DNA from: Octopus bimaculoides
Lineage: Eukaryota
Length of the DNA stretch: 50,805 nt
Assembly (NCBI RefSeq): GCF_001194135.2
Contig: NC_068997.1
Coordinates: forward strand, 19,680,250 to 19,731,054
Reading direction: 5' to 3'
This document shows, one piece after another, positions 37,666-50,805 of the stretch. The translations under genes and the position numbers were made by a program. The notes under the pieces are model-generated. The model saw nothing but the letters and a program-made list of their open reading frames with translations, was not told the DNA's origin and did no database searches. Position 1 is the first letter of the stretch; every line of letters starts with the position of its first letter.

Positions 37666-38486
37666 ACACATATGTACTCTGGCAGAAATTTCCATTTACT
37701 CAAGGCTGCTGCATAGAAAAATAAAATAAACAATGATTGAACACAAATTGTAGACTTTTGTTTCTATGCCTTGGTTTTATCTGTTTTTTTAATATCTTTT
37801 TTGGTTTGTTTTGTTTTGGCTTATGTTTAACGGTTAATGGTTCCTCTCTTCGTTACTATTTCTATTCTTATCCCAAGTTTTTTAAGTGTATTTAAATTAA
37901 AAAGCACCATTACAGAGATTATAATTTCTGTTTTCCATCTTCATTACTGTTGATGGATTTGATATAGTTTTGGTGTTTCCCCATTTATTTTATTGAAATT
38001 GTCTTGGCTTTAAATATATATATATATATATTTTCCCCATGTTGATTTTGTAAAAAAAAACAATGAAAAAGGGGAAAAAGAAAGAAAGGAGGAACATTTT
38101 GTTTTGGTTATAGCACGTTCATTGGAGAAATCTAGCCATTTTAATAGAATTCAAGATAAATTTATTGTTCTTCTCCTCCCAATCACCTCTCTCTCTCTTT
38201 TGTATATTCTGTATATATGTACACATACATACATACATGCATATATACAAACATATATATATATATATGTATCTTTCTCTGATATATGTATACATAAGTG
38301 TGTGTGTGTGTGTGTGTGGTGTTTGTGCATGTATACACATCTGTGCATCTACACACACATACACAAACATGCACACATAAATACAAACAAAATCCACATA
38401 GACACATTTATACATGCATAAATACATCTTTCTCTCCCTTCTCTCTCTCTTTCTCTCTCTCTCTATCTATCTATCTCTCTCTCTCT

Positions 38487-38528
<42 letters not shown>

Positions 38529-38869
38529 CAATACACACATACACACATACATTTTCATGTTCACACACATGCATAGAATATATATGTATGCCTATAAATC
38601 TATGTGTGTATACACATACATACATACATACATACATGCATACATACATACATACATATATAGTCAATTCAAATAAACGATGTGTATGTATATATACAAT
38701 ACACATAATTATTATTATCATTATCATCCTATTGAGTCAAAGAATTGAACATGAGAAACTAACAGGTTTCCCAGTTCATGGCTCCTTAACATATGCAGAC
38801 GACAAAAACCTTCTGATCTTCGACTATAAGTGGGCTCTAGTATTTCTTATGATAATATATAAATACATG

Positions 38870-38935
<66 letters not shown>

Positions 38936-38995
38936 NNNNNNNNNNNNNNNNNNNNNNNNNNNNNNNNNNNNNNNNNNNNNNNNNNNNNNNNNNNN

Positions 38996-39026
<31 letters not shown>

Positions 39027-39597
39027 GTGGATGTGTCTGAGCACATACATATGTTTGTTAAGGCTGCTCTGCTCTTTTCTCTGTTTACCTTTACGTATTA
39101 AGAATCAAAGATGTTCGGAAAGAAACCTACATCACAATGTAATTATTCCAAAACTCGTTCTCCATACAGAATTAATATGTCTACAGTGCCTAGCGGGATG
39201 TACACCGATTTTATTGCTTGTTAAAGAAATCTGTTGTTACTGTATTAATAATATTTATTTGGTCAGTAAGTATTATCTTTTTCTTATTTTATCTCAGCGC
39301 ACCGAGTATAGTTCAGTTTTGTACATTTATTATATTGTGTGAATAAGGCAGTAGTCTTCTAGCTTTTCCATAAACTTCGTGAACTCTTTTGGGAATTCTT
39401 ACACTATTTATTATGATTGTTATTGTTTTGTTGTTTTGTTAATTATCTTTGTAATTACATACATGTATTTCACATGTTCTTTCTATCTCTCTCTATACGC
39501 CTTCATCAAACACATACACACACACGTACACAGAAAAGATGTATACATATATATATATATATATATGTGTATATCTGTAAATATGCGCCTGTGTGTG

Positions 39598-39697
39598 TCA
39601 TCATCATCATCATCGTCGTTTAACGTCCGCTTTCCATGCTAGCATGGGTTGGACGATTTGACTGAGGACTGGTGAAACCGGATGGCAACACCAGGGT
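39598..39697 (-). mobile_element. Family E 3' end, young, 5'-truncated
   Basis: catcatcgtcgtttaacgtccgctttccatgctagcatgggttggacgatttgactgaggactgg is nearly identical to the reverse complement of 34045-34110. Confidence 0.9.
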
Positions 39698-40140
39698 CGT
39701 GTGTATATATATATATATNNNNNNNNNNNNNNNNNNNNNNNNNNNNNNNNNNNNNNNNNNNNNNNNNNNNNNNNNNNNNNNNNNNNNNNNNNNNNNNNNN
39801 NNNNNNNNNNNNNNNNNNNNNNNNNNNNNNNNNNNNNNNNNNNNNNNNNNNNNNNNNNNNNNNNNNNNNNNNNNNNNNNNNNNNNNNNNNNNNNNNNNNN
39901 NNNNNNNNNNNNNNNNNNNNNNNNNNNNNNNNNNNNNNNNNNNNNNNNNNNNNNNNNNNNNNNNNNNNNNNNNNNNNNNNNNNNNNNNNCATACATAATG
40001 TGCTACAAATGCACATTTTTATATCTGTTTTTCATTTCTTTTTCCCCTTTTTACCATGTTAGCAATGCAAACGATAAGATGTATTTAGACAGTTTGTCAG
40101 CATGTATAGAGGTTGAAAGAATAAGATTAGGAAGTGCGTT

Positions 40141-40182
<42 letters not shown>

Positions 40183-40319
40183 TGAGAGAAGTGAATCTGC
40201 AAGAAAGGGAAGAGACGTATGGCAGATGTTGAAAGAAGAAACTCTTTGAAAATGTAATTGTGAAGTGATTGCAGTGATGGCAGAAGTTTAACAGCAGATT
40301 ATTTGTCATAAGTATATAT

Positions 40320-40825
40320 ATGAATAATACTAAAATAAAAGAAATGTACTCAGATATTTGCATATCTACATACATTCATGCATGCATACATGCAAACATG
40401 CATACTTACATGCACTCATTTATCCTCCCACATGTTTTATGTACATCTCAATATATGAGCATTTACTGTGGATGTTTGCTTACTCATCTTGTTTCACCCA
40501 TACCTAGATAGACTTGCCCTTTATCCTACATGTGTGTGTGTGTGCGTAGTAGGGAGATGTTTATCATTCTCTCATGTATACATGCATGTATACATGTGCA
40601 TGCATGCTCATCTTCCTTCATTCAGAGTTATACACCCACTCAATTCAAACATGCAGATGCTTATTCACATAGATGCATGCACTCACACACACACACACAC
40701 ACACACATGGACATTCATGCATCCTCCCACATGCCTGTGCATACATAGCTGCACATGTGCAGATGTGTATGCACATATGCATGCTCTTTTTGTTTGAGTT
40801 ATACATACATGAACTACCACCATGC

Positions 40826-40866
<41 letters not shown>

Positions 40867-41298
40867 AGTAAGTCATGCATGTCTGAACTCATGCTCACAT
40901 GTGCATTGACAAGCATCCTGACACCTACTCATGCTTGCATGCATACATGCACATATGTATACACTTACACATGTATGCCTCTGATCCTTCACTCAGCAGA
41001 GATACACCTACACATTGAAGCATTTAGATGGTCATTCACTTAGGCATACACACTTATGCATGCATTTATTCATGTATATACAAACACACTTATAGATACA
41101 TACCATTACAAACACATATGCACATGCGTGCATGCGCACACTCATACATAGACTCAAACACAAACAATTGTGTGTAATTATTGATATACAAGAATAAACA
41201 CATCTGTCTAGACATGCTCTCACACATGAAAAATTCATAACCATCTATGCATGCATATATAATATGTGTGTCTATGTATGCATGTGTATGTGTGTGTA

Positions 41299-41330
<32 letters not shown>
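40320..41330. repeat. Degenerate (CA/TG/CATG)-rich low-complexity region
   Basis: Directly visible; alternating purine-pyrimidine composition. Confidence 0.85.
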
Positions 41331-41336
<6 letters not shown>

Positions 41337-42799
41337 TCAAAGTGTACAGTATTGTTATATATACACTACGGTCGATCTTATCAATCGGTTTCACACTAGG
41401 AGTTCAACAGAATGTTAGGTAACAGTCCGATTATGTAACCTTGTGCTCTTCAGAGGTAACCATTATGGAATGAAATATGGCCACACACACACACACACAC
41501 ATTTATGGATATCTGGAAATAAAAATTCAACGTAACTGGATTTTGACTCCATATTGTGGATGTATCTCCAATTTCTAGTTATGTTGGAATCACAGATATA
41601 TTTTTCTACTCACAACTTTTCCAACATATATTTATCTATTTATACATGCTTATATATCCACATAAAGAATTGATGTATACACAACAAAGAATAAATCCAC
41701 AGCAGTTAAGAGCTCAGTTTATGACAGATCATTCTACTTGTTTTATGTTCTACCTGTTTTACATTGAAACTAGCTAGATCCAGTCTTTCATGCCTACTCT
41801 ACAATGTCATTTCAAAGATAAACATTCACATCATTGAAATCTTGGAGCTATGAGATAATGTATGATTAATTCAAAACAATGTGGATAAATAAGTATTACA
41901 CTTAATAGAATAATCTGGATAATAAAGAGTTAAACTCCAACAGCTTATTTCATTGCATTAAATCTAAGTGGATTGAGTACTATACATGTATGTATTCAGC
42001 TAAAATGTTCTTTAAGAATATCATATTTAACATAAAGGCATTAATTCCACTTACTGTTGAGACATCATATATCAAGTATATTATATAAATAAGATGTTAC
42101 ACTAGAGCTGTTTCTATAGCATAATTCAAATTTTTTTTTTTTTGCTTTTGTAATACCATTGCAAACCAGTGTATAGTATGTATACTATCTTTATTATACA
42201 TCAGACTGGTTGATTTGATCTCGTTTAGATAGTGACACGAGAATGTGACATCGGTGGGGTGATTTTGTTTTGCCTAGCTCTGAAGAACGTCAGTTTTTAA
42301 TATAATGAGTGATCTTTTCCCAGATGAAAAACTGTAGCTACTCTTGTTTCAACATATGCCATCAGATATGTTATAGAGGTGAAGATTTTATTGTCTTTTT
42401 TGTTTAATGCATACATACATACACACACATACATACATACATACATACATCGTAAACACAATTTTATATTTTAGTTGCTCAGCATATTTCAGCATTGTAG
42501 TTGTTTGGAGCCCTGAATAGGGGTCCCGAATGCATTTAGATGCTTAGCTGCAATGGACCATCAGGGAAGACTTACCCAAACCCCACCCTCCCCATTTTTA
42601 TACCCATTTTTATACCCAGGTTTTTTGCTGTCACTGCAATCCCGACTCCCTACTTGTGCCTTCTTGACAACACCTGACTATGTATATTACAACCTTTGTA
42701 CCTCTCTCTTCCATACTCTACCATCACATCTATGCTCTGATCCTTGTTACTTGTGAGTATACCTTGGCCCTTCACCTCCTCTCTCCTTCTCTCTATTAC

Positions 42800-43255
42800 A
42801 CTTTTGCTGTCCGACATGCCCATTAAAATCTCCAGCCACAAAGATGAGATCATTATTACTTGTCTTTGAGGTAGCCTGCAGAAGAATATCATAAAAGTGA
42901 TCCTTCTGTTCATTTGGTAGGCCCGCTTGTGGGGTGTAGGCAGAGATAATTGTAGCTATACCATTCTGCAAGACTAGCCTGAGTTTAAGTACTCTATCGC
43001 ACACCCTCACTACCTCTATGACCTTATACACCCAGTCTCTGCAAGAAGTATTCCCACACCCCCTATTCCATCACTATTACCTTTCCAGAAGAGTTTATAC
43101 CTATGTGCTTTGCTTGTGAGGACTCTGGCTGAAGCTCCTTTCCATCTTACCTCTTGTATGCAACACACATCAATACATCTCTGTTCAAGTATCTCTACAA
43201 CCTCACTAGACCTACCTTTCAATATGCCTACATTTAAAGTGCCAACTCTGAAAAC
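42800..43255 (-). pseudogene. RTE-clade LINE apurinic endonuclease domain fragment, frameshifted
   Basis: FRVGTLNVG...IDVCCIQEVRW...GVGILLAE / ...IISAYTPQAG...IFVAGDFNGHVG. One frameshift near 43035; no RT domain follows. Confidence 0.92.
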
Positions 43256-44533
43256 TGGGAAAGAGATATGGGAGGTAACACAGGAAGGAGAGATGTTATT
43301 CAGTACCTGAAAAGAAGGATCCCATGAATGTTTGGTAACAGGCATCATAATAGTTGTTCTTGCTTTTAACCTACCATCATTCAGACATTTTAGAGTTGTT
43401 AAGGTTGTTACCTCTACTGGTGGGGGGAGTGAGGAAGCATCGTATATGAAAGTGTTTGGGGTGTTGTAAATATAAGCATTATGAGACTTGTGGGAGAAGC
43501 GTTACTGATGCTGCAGAAAAAAAAATTAAGTGGGCTACTATCTGGTTTAGTTAGTCTAAGGATAGGTGGGGAGAGAGAGGAGAGGGCAGCAAGATTACCA
43601 ATAGAGTGGGAGTAAGGGGAAGGGCAACTGGATGTCCAGTAAGCGAAAGATTTCCGGTGAGACAGAGAGAAAGAGATTATATATATATATATATATATAT
43701 GTGAGTAAAAATAAATACAAAAAAAGGGGTTTTGTATGATTGTGTATAGAGGAATATATTATTTTGTTTAAAAGAGTTCCAACTCTGTCTGTTTTTTATG
43801 TTTTATTTATATTCCTGCAAAACCAATGTGGGATATAGAATATGGAATATACAATATATAATATAAAATAAAAATGGATGGTACAATNNNNNNNNNNNNN
43901 NNNNNNNNNNNNNNNNNNNNNNNNNNNNNNNNNNNNNNNNNNNNNNNNNNNNNNNNNNNNNNNNNNNNNNNNNNNNNNNNNNNNNNNNNNNNNNNNNNNN
44001 NNNNNNNNNNNNNNNNNNNNNNNNNNNNNNNNNNNNNNNNNNNNNNNNNNNNNNNNNNNNNNNNNNNNNNNNNNNNNNNNNNNNNNNNNNNNNNNNNNNN
44101 NNNNNNNNNNNNNNNNNNNNNNNNNNNNNNNNNNNNNNNNNNNNNNNNNNNNNNNNNNNNNNNNNNNNNNNNNNNNNNNNNNNNNNNNNNNNNNNNNNNN
44201 NNNNNNNNNNNNNNNNNNNNNNNNNNNNNNNNNNNNNNNNNNNNNNNNNNNNNNNNNNNNNNNNNNNNNNNNNNNNNNNNNNNNNNNNNNNNNNNNNNNN
44301 NNNNNNNNNNNNNNNNNNNNNNNNNNNNNNNNNNNNNNNNNNNNNNNNNNNNNNNNNNNNNNNNNNNNNNNNNNNNNNNNNNNNNNNNNNNNNNNNNNNN
44401 NNNNNNNNNNNNNNNNNNNNNNNNNNNNNNNNNNNNNNNNNNNNNTATATACATATACACACATACTTTTGTATTGTCACTGATTCTCTTTTAGAGCATG
44501 CTTTTTTCTGACTCATTGATGACTAACTGATAA

Positions 44534-44575
<42 letters not shown>

Positions 44576-45239
44576 GAAGAGAAGGAAGCAATGAATTGTG
44601 ATACTAATGCTACACCCTAACAAAAGTCTTTGTAGAACAGTTGTAATGAAATGACTGTATGAAAATTATAGCGTTTTCTATTTTAAGCTTTGTTGGGAGT
44701 CACTAACTGTAATAACACTCGTCAATGCAACCCCATCACACATATGTGTGCACACACTGACATACTTATGCACAAGACAAGGAACCAGTCTTAGGAAGGA
44801 CACATTATACCTGAAAAGGTAAAAAGGAAATGTTTTATCATGGCTAGTAAGCAGAAGTATGCTCAATCTCGCCTGACTTGGTTTATATAACAATAGACTA
44901 AATCAAACTGCATGAATGCATGTTTGCTCTCTTGAAATTTATTTAAATTGCCCTTCGCAGAATATTAGGTGGTTATTAACAAATTGACAAAGATTTTCTT
45001 GTTTGAGTTCTGACTGCTGTTCCTGGGATTTGTGTACATATGGATGTATGTGTGAATATATGTAAAAGTATGTGTGCTTACAACAAGGAAGTCAATATGT
45101 TCTTTCTCCAGTAGGGATTGGTGTATATGTGAATGACTATGCACGCATATAATGACATTATATAATAGCTTATGATGTGTGTGTATGTATGTATGTGTGC
45201 GCGCATGTGTGTGTGTGTGTGCGTGTGTGTGTGTATACA

Positions 45240-45700
45240 CATCATTGTCATTTAATGTCTGTTGTGCATGCTGGCATGGTTTGGACAGTTTGACCAGGGC
45301 TGGTAAGCTGGAAGGCTGCACCAGACCCCAGTCTGTTTTGGCATGGTTTCTATGGCTGGATGCCCTTCCTAATGCCAACCACTCTGAGAGTGTAATGGGT
45401 GCTTTTATGTGCTACTGGCATGGGTGCCATTTGCGTGACACCACTGTGATGACTGGGATTTTGCTCAGCTTGATGGGTCTTCTTCTCAAGCACAACATAA
45501 TGCCAAAGGTCTTGGTCATTGCCTCTGTGAAGCCCAACATTCAAAAGGAACTCAACCACTTTACCTCCATGAGGCTCAATGCTTGAAAAGTGCTTTTTAC
45601 ATACCACCTGTACGGGTGCCGGTTACGTGACACCAGCATCAGTTGCAACTGTGATTTCACTTGGCTTGACAGGTCTTCTCAAGCATTTCACATGTGTTAT
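45240..45700 (-). mobile_element. Longer family E RTE-like element with internal direct repeats
   Basis: ggctggatgcccttcctaatgccaaccactctgagagtgta matches 33762 onward. ~95-bp units at 45399-45492 and 45590-45685. Confidence 0.8.
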
Positions 45701-45927
45701 ATGTTAATCCTCATCATTCTTACATCTCTGCTTTTACCACTGAGATATATTTCTGTAGCATTGAACATCGCATTTTTCTCAAAGCTGGAATATAAGAGTG
45801 TAGATAGTGAGAGATGGGGAGAGAGAGAGAGAGTGTATTTAAAATAAATCAGATGAGTAAACAATATTCGACACCATTTATTGAGTACTCTTTTACTTGT
45901 TCATTGACAAGCTGGAATGTTTGCATG

Positions 45928-46027
<100 letters not shown>

Positions 46028-46600
46028 CATGCACGTGTGTGTGTGAGTGTGTGGTGTGTATGTATATATATATATATTTGTGTGGTGAGGGTGTGGCTTT
46101 ATGGATAGAGTGTAGGGCAAAATACATTGCGGTGTTTAGTTACATGCCTTTATGTTTTGACTTCAAAACCTACCTAGGTTGACTTTACCTTTTATTTCTT
46201 TGGACACAATAAATTAACTACTACTTAAGCAATGGATTGTAATTGGCTATACTATCAAAAGCTGTGCTCCAGCATGGCCACAAATTAATGATTGCAATTA
46301 GTTATATCATAGATATACATGAATGCCTATATAAATGCAAGACACAATGAACATTTTACACACACACACATACGTGTATTTATACATGTGTTTGTGTGTA
46401 TATGTGTGTGTGTATATGTGTGTGTGTATATGTGTGTGTGTATATGTGTGTGTGTATATATGCACACATGTACACACACGCATATGTGTATGCATGTATG
46501 TATGTATAAGTTCATATTTTTTTATATCGCAAAATTACCAGAATTTCTCTAATTACGTCTTTTATTTTATCTCTCTCTCTCTCTCTCTACATATGTGTGA

Positions 46601-46636
<36 letters not shown>

Positions 46637-47569
46637 CATGCTCACACTCTTGTGTACATACATATATACTTGTTTCTATGTATATTTATGTTTTTTTTAA
46701 TATATATTTTTTATACATCATAGAATTACAAGAGTTTCTCTAATTATGTGTGTCCTTTATTTTTAGATTTATTATACTTCCCCTCCTTTTCCGTCTATTT
46801 TAAGTTATACTTCATTTATTCTTATGTATTTCATTAAGGTTATTCGATTAACTCCTCAGCTGTATCAAGTTTATTCAATATCCTTCACTCCTTTTCTCAA
46901 ATTTCTCAAATATCCCATTTTTCTGCTATACAATGGCACTTCATTTGTTTTTTTTATTCTTCAGATTTTCTTCATCCCATTGAAACAACAAAAAAAAAAA
47001 AAGGAAAAACTTTATCACGAAGATTCCATATAGAAATCTTTCCTCTTCATTTGTTTCCCAATTTTTACTTCATTATCTCAAAGAATGCCTTGTCTGGGAT
47101 ACTATTTCAGTGGATAGGTTTCAAATCTCTTTCATTCAGTTTCATTTATTGATCCCACCTGCCTTTGATTTATACATACATACATATACATACATACATA
47201 CATACATACATACATACATACATACATACAAGAAAACATGTATGTATATATATATATTATATATATTATTTATTATATATTATATATATAATATATATAA
47301 TATATTTATATATATTATATATATTTTATATATATATATATATATTTTGATATATATGTATATATATATATATGCATACACATATATACATATATATATA
47401 TACATAATATATATATATATATATAATGATGATATATATGTACAAAGAGAGAGAGACAGAAAGAGTGTGTGTGTGTGTGAGAGAGTGCAACATAATGTTA
47501 TTAACAGTTTTTGCCGGACAGTTTAAATATGATCAAAGTATTGTTATTATTCCTTTCATTATTGCTATT

Positions 47570-47585
47570 GTCATCGTCGTCGTCG

Positions 47586-47620
<35 letters not shown>

Positions 47621-47680
47621 GTCATCATCGTCGTCGTCGTCATCATCATCATCCTCATCATCATCATCATCATTATAATC
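47570..47680. repeat. (CAT/CGT)n trinucleotide array
   Basis: Directly visible. Confidence 0.95.
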
Positions 47681-48527
47681 ACTATTGTGTTTGTTTGTTT
47701 TTTTTTCTGTTTTGGGAAAATTGCTTTCATCCCTGTGTTTTTCATTAAAACTTACTGTCTTTATTATGTTGCCCGTTTGTCTCAGTACTGTCTGACTTAC
47801 CAAATACAACAATAGCTATTTCTTCAAACAATTATACACCTTTTCTTCAACGATTCTATAAAGGAGGCCATGCCGTAATAAATTGATAAATAGCTATGTA
47901 TATATAAAACAAAAATATGTTAATTTCAGTATTAGTTGTCTTTTATTCTTTGCTATAAATTCTTTGAATTCAGGAGGAAAAAAAAGAATATTCCTTTCTT
48001 TTCATACAGATTCCCATAAAACTCTGCTAACATGATGGCGTCTTTGAAAATAAATCATTCCAACAGAATGGCTATTTAAAATTCTGCAACCATGAATTTC
48101 ATAATGTCATTATTAGTATTCTTGGAATGATTCTTAATTTTAAAATTTCTTCTGCTTCCACCATTTATTGAAAACTGGCAGGAATAAAAGAGATTGGAAG
48201 AGCCAATTTGATGGCTGTCTTTTACTGTATATGTATATATATGTATCTTATATTCATACATACATACTTACATACATACATACATATTACGTGCTATAAA
48301 TTTTTATAATTTCTTTAGAACAATACTCATAGAATGGTTAATGTGCTGGATTCTTTGAGAGATTTTTGGTAATCGCAGGCAGAACTTTGTATATTTAGGC
48401 AAGACATTCCACTCTGCTTTTTTATTTTGAAGCAAGCTCCTTCTAAATATTGCATAATTCATGCACACATACCCCCATATATATTGTCATCATGATGATC
48501 ATCATCATCGTCATCATCAACATTCTT

Positions 48528-48565
48528 ACGACCACTTTTCCATGCTTGCATGGAAAAGTGGTCGT
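48528..48565. repeat. Perfect inverted repeat, 18-bp arms, 2-nt spacer
   Basis: acgaccacttttccatgc TT gcatggaaaagtggtcgt. Confidence 0.95.
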
Positions 48566-48693
48566 GTATACTTACATACATGTGTATACTTACATACATA
48601 CGTGCATGTGTATACTTACATACATACACACATATACTCATGCATACTCACACACATACATACATATATGTATGTGTGTGTGTGTGCGTATTC

Positions 48694-48747
<54 letters not shown>

Positions 48748-49194
48748 GAAGAATAATAAATTTGAAATGTTCTGCAGCCTGGTACTTATTCTATCAATGT
48801 CTTTTGCCAAAAGGAAAAGAAGAGAAATAATTGTATAACGGTTCTTTTCCTTTTCTCACCATCTGTACCACTTAAACATTCTTTCTGATCATGGATTTAC
48901 CTGAAGAAGACCTGATCCAACTAGTTTTTATTGAACCCTCCTGCCCTCCCAAAGATAACAAATCACAACTAATATCATTGACGAGGAACATTCTTCCACT
49001 GTCTAACCTGTATTTCTCCAATGATGGAATACCCAACTTCTAGAGTCTTTACTTGATACAATGCTCCAATTGCTGGGATATCTCAGAAACAGCTGTCAGA
49101 GACTATCTTTACCGTTTTGTATTATTTTTACAGTTCATTATGTAGCTAAATTTTAGATTGAATTAAATATGTCTCAAAAATACATGAAATTATA

Positions 49195-49262
49195 CAAATA
49201 ACAGGGACAGGTGAAAGGACAACAAACAGGTTGTATTAGTTTGATGCTCTGGAAAATTGGAA
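49195..49262 (-). mobile_element. Penelope-pLTR-like fragment
   Basis: gacaggtgaaaggacaacaaacaggttgtattagtttgatgctc matches 17848-17885 and resembles the sequence 3' of the 19491 motif. Confidence 0.5.
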
Positions 49263-49292
49263 GTAAAAAAATGAGCAGAGAAAACAGATAAG

Positions 49293-49356
<64 letters not shown>

Positions 49357-49364
49357 TACAGGCT

Positions 49365-49515
49365 TTCACACAGTTTCCATCTACCAGGTTCACTCACAAG
49401 GCATTGGTCAGCCCAGGACTGTAATAGAAGGCACTTGCCCAAGGCACCATGCTGTAGGACTGAACCTGAATCCACATGGCTGCAAAGCAAACTACTTAAC
49501 CACACAGCTATGTCA
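49365..49515 (-). mobile_element. SINE family A head
   Basis: cagtttccatctacc...cactcacaaggc...ggcacttgcccaaggcacc...ggactgaacc. Confidence 0.8.
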
Positions 49516-50119
49516 GTCCCTGTTTTATTTTTGATTTTTTTCCCCCCAAAATGTTCTTTTGAATGCTGCAGATTCTGTGCCATTGTTTGTTACATCATGT
49601 TAAATATATTTAGCCTTTTTGATCTTATTAAACTCTAATCTTAGGACAGACATAAATGTTTCTTCTGAAAATGTTTTCAGTTTTCAACACATCGTTAGAA
49701 GCTTTCATTTCACTTATCAAGCTGTTATCATAGTGCCAAAATCATAACACAGCAACAATGGCTGTTCTCAGTCTAGATTGGCTGAATAGGATTTCCTGCT
49801 TAGTCTGTATGGAGAATGCTCATAGCCATTGCAATAATAGGAAGTGAAAGAAATGAAATTACATGCAGGATGGGAGAGGCAGCAATAAAAGGGCCTTTTA
49901 CTCAAGATTGCAGCTGTTTTGGTGTCAGTACTTTTTGGCACTGGAGGCAAACAAACACACACATGCATGCACACACACACATACACAGAGAGTGGGAGAG
50001 AGAGAGAGAGAGTGGGAGATAGATAAATAGAGAGAGAGAGAGAAAGATATTACAATTTATTAATTGAAAATGATTAGCATAAACACTTACCCTCTTTTCA
50101 TATGCTTACTTTCAAGAAT

Positions 50120-50165
<46 letters not shown>

Positions 50166-50240
50166 AGAAAGTAGGACAGAGAGAGAGAGAGAGAGAGACT
50201 GAGAAAGCAGGACAGAGAGAGAGAGAGAGAGAAGGAGAGA
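50120..50240. repeat. (GA)n array with duplicated ctgagaaag(t/c)aggaca spacer
   Basis: Two higher-order units are visible. Confidence 0.9.
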
Positions 50241-50805
50241 ATGAGAGAAACATTAAAAATAGATAAAAACATTAAAACATCTATTGTCAAGTAAGTCGGT
50301 GATCATTCAGTGATGCCATAAAGGTGGCGCCAAAATGGCTGTGCTAAAATGTCTCATGCCCTTACAAAGTCATCATATGATAAGATCCTGATGCAATATA
50401 TTGGCAATATGCTGTACTGTGGCACAGAGTTTTCTGAAACCCCTTACTAAATTGAGAAAACATTATGCTTAAAATAAGAATAGAAACATCACATAAAAAA
50501 TACAAAAGAACCAAGAAAAAAACCAAAACTAAAAACAAGCAATTGCAATGAGAAGATTTTTTACATCCTGTGCTAGAATAAAAACGCAGATTTAAAATGG
50601 CTGAAAATAAAATGAAAAAAGAAATAAAATTTGATGTGAGGGAAATAAACTGAGATAAATGCAAAAGCTCCCTGTTATTAATAATTTAAAAGTAGTATCA
50701 AGAAATATCGAAGGGAAGTGAGTTTGCATAAAACATGTAATAATAAAAGCCATTTTGTATGGTTATAAGGAAATGAAAATGGTGTTCATTTTTTTTTGTT
50801 TGTTT

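Noticed and set aside
41350-41470. Small CpG-rich patch with GT/AG signals on both strands
   Set aside because: No consistent exon frame can be chosen.
48898-48930. ctgaagaagacc...aactagt hammerhead-like remnant
   Set aside because: GAAA is missing and stem I does not pair.

Overview
AT-rich eukaryotic non-coding DNA dominated by microsatellites ((TA)n, (CA)n, (CATA)n, (GAT)n, (GA)n) and interspersed repeats. It has 12 N-gaps totalling about 5.7 kb, and several gap edges fall in simple repeats. The SINE and retro-tail families resemble those I recall from octopus (coleoid cephalopod) genomes; this taxonomic call is inference. No host protein-coding gene, rRNA, true tRNA or CRISPR array can be supported, and almost all listed ORFs are microsatellite or gap artefacts. 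Recognisable coding remnants are all dead transposon pieces: a Tc1/mariner N-terminal HTH (69-385), a DD34D mariner transposase (3681-4268, minus), a pogo/Tigger DDE fragment (about 20540-21010), a hAT dimerisation domain inside an element with intact ends and a perfect 8-bp TSD (26312-26888), and an RTE-type LINE endonuclease (42800-43255, minus). Tc1-type and hAT-type MITEs, at least four tRNA-derived SINE families and (GAT)n-tailed RTE-like elements are also present. The most unusual signal is a set of degenerate type-I hammerhead-ribozyme-like folds with short palindromic stem III (15907-15999 minus, 19491-19527 plus, weaker at 49061-49104). The first lies about 110 nt downstream of a tRNA-like Pol III B-box, suggesting a hammerhead-bearing SINE or retrozyme-like element. 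SINE boundary coordinates are approximate.
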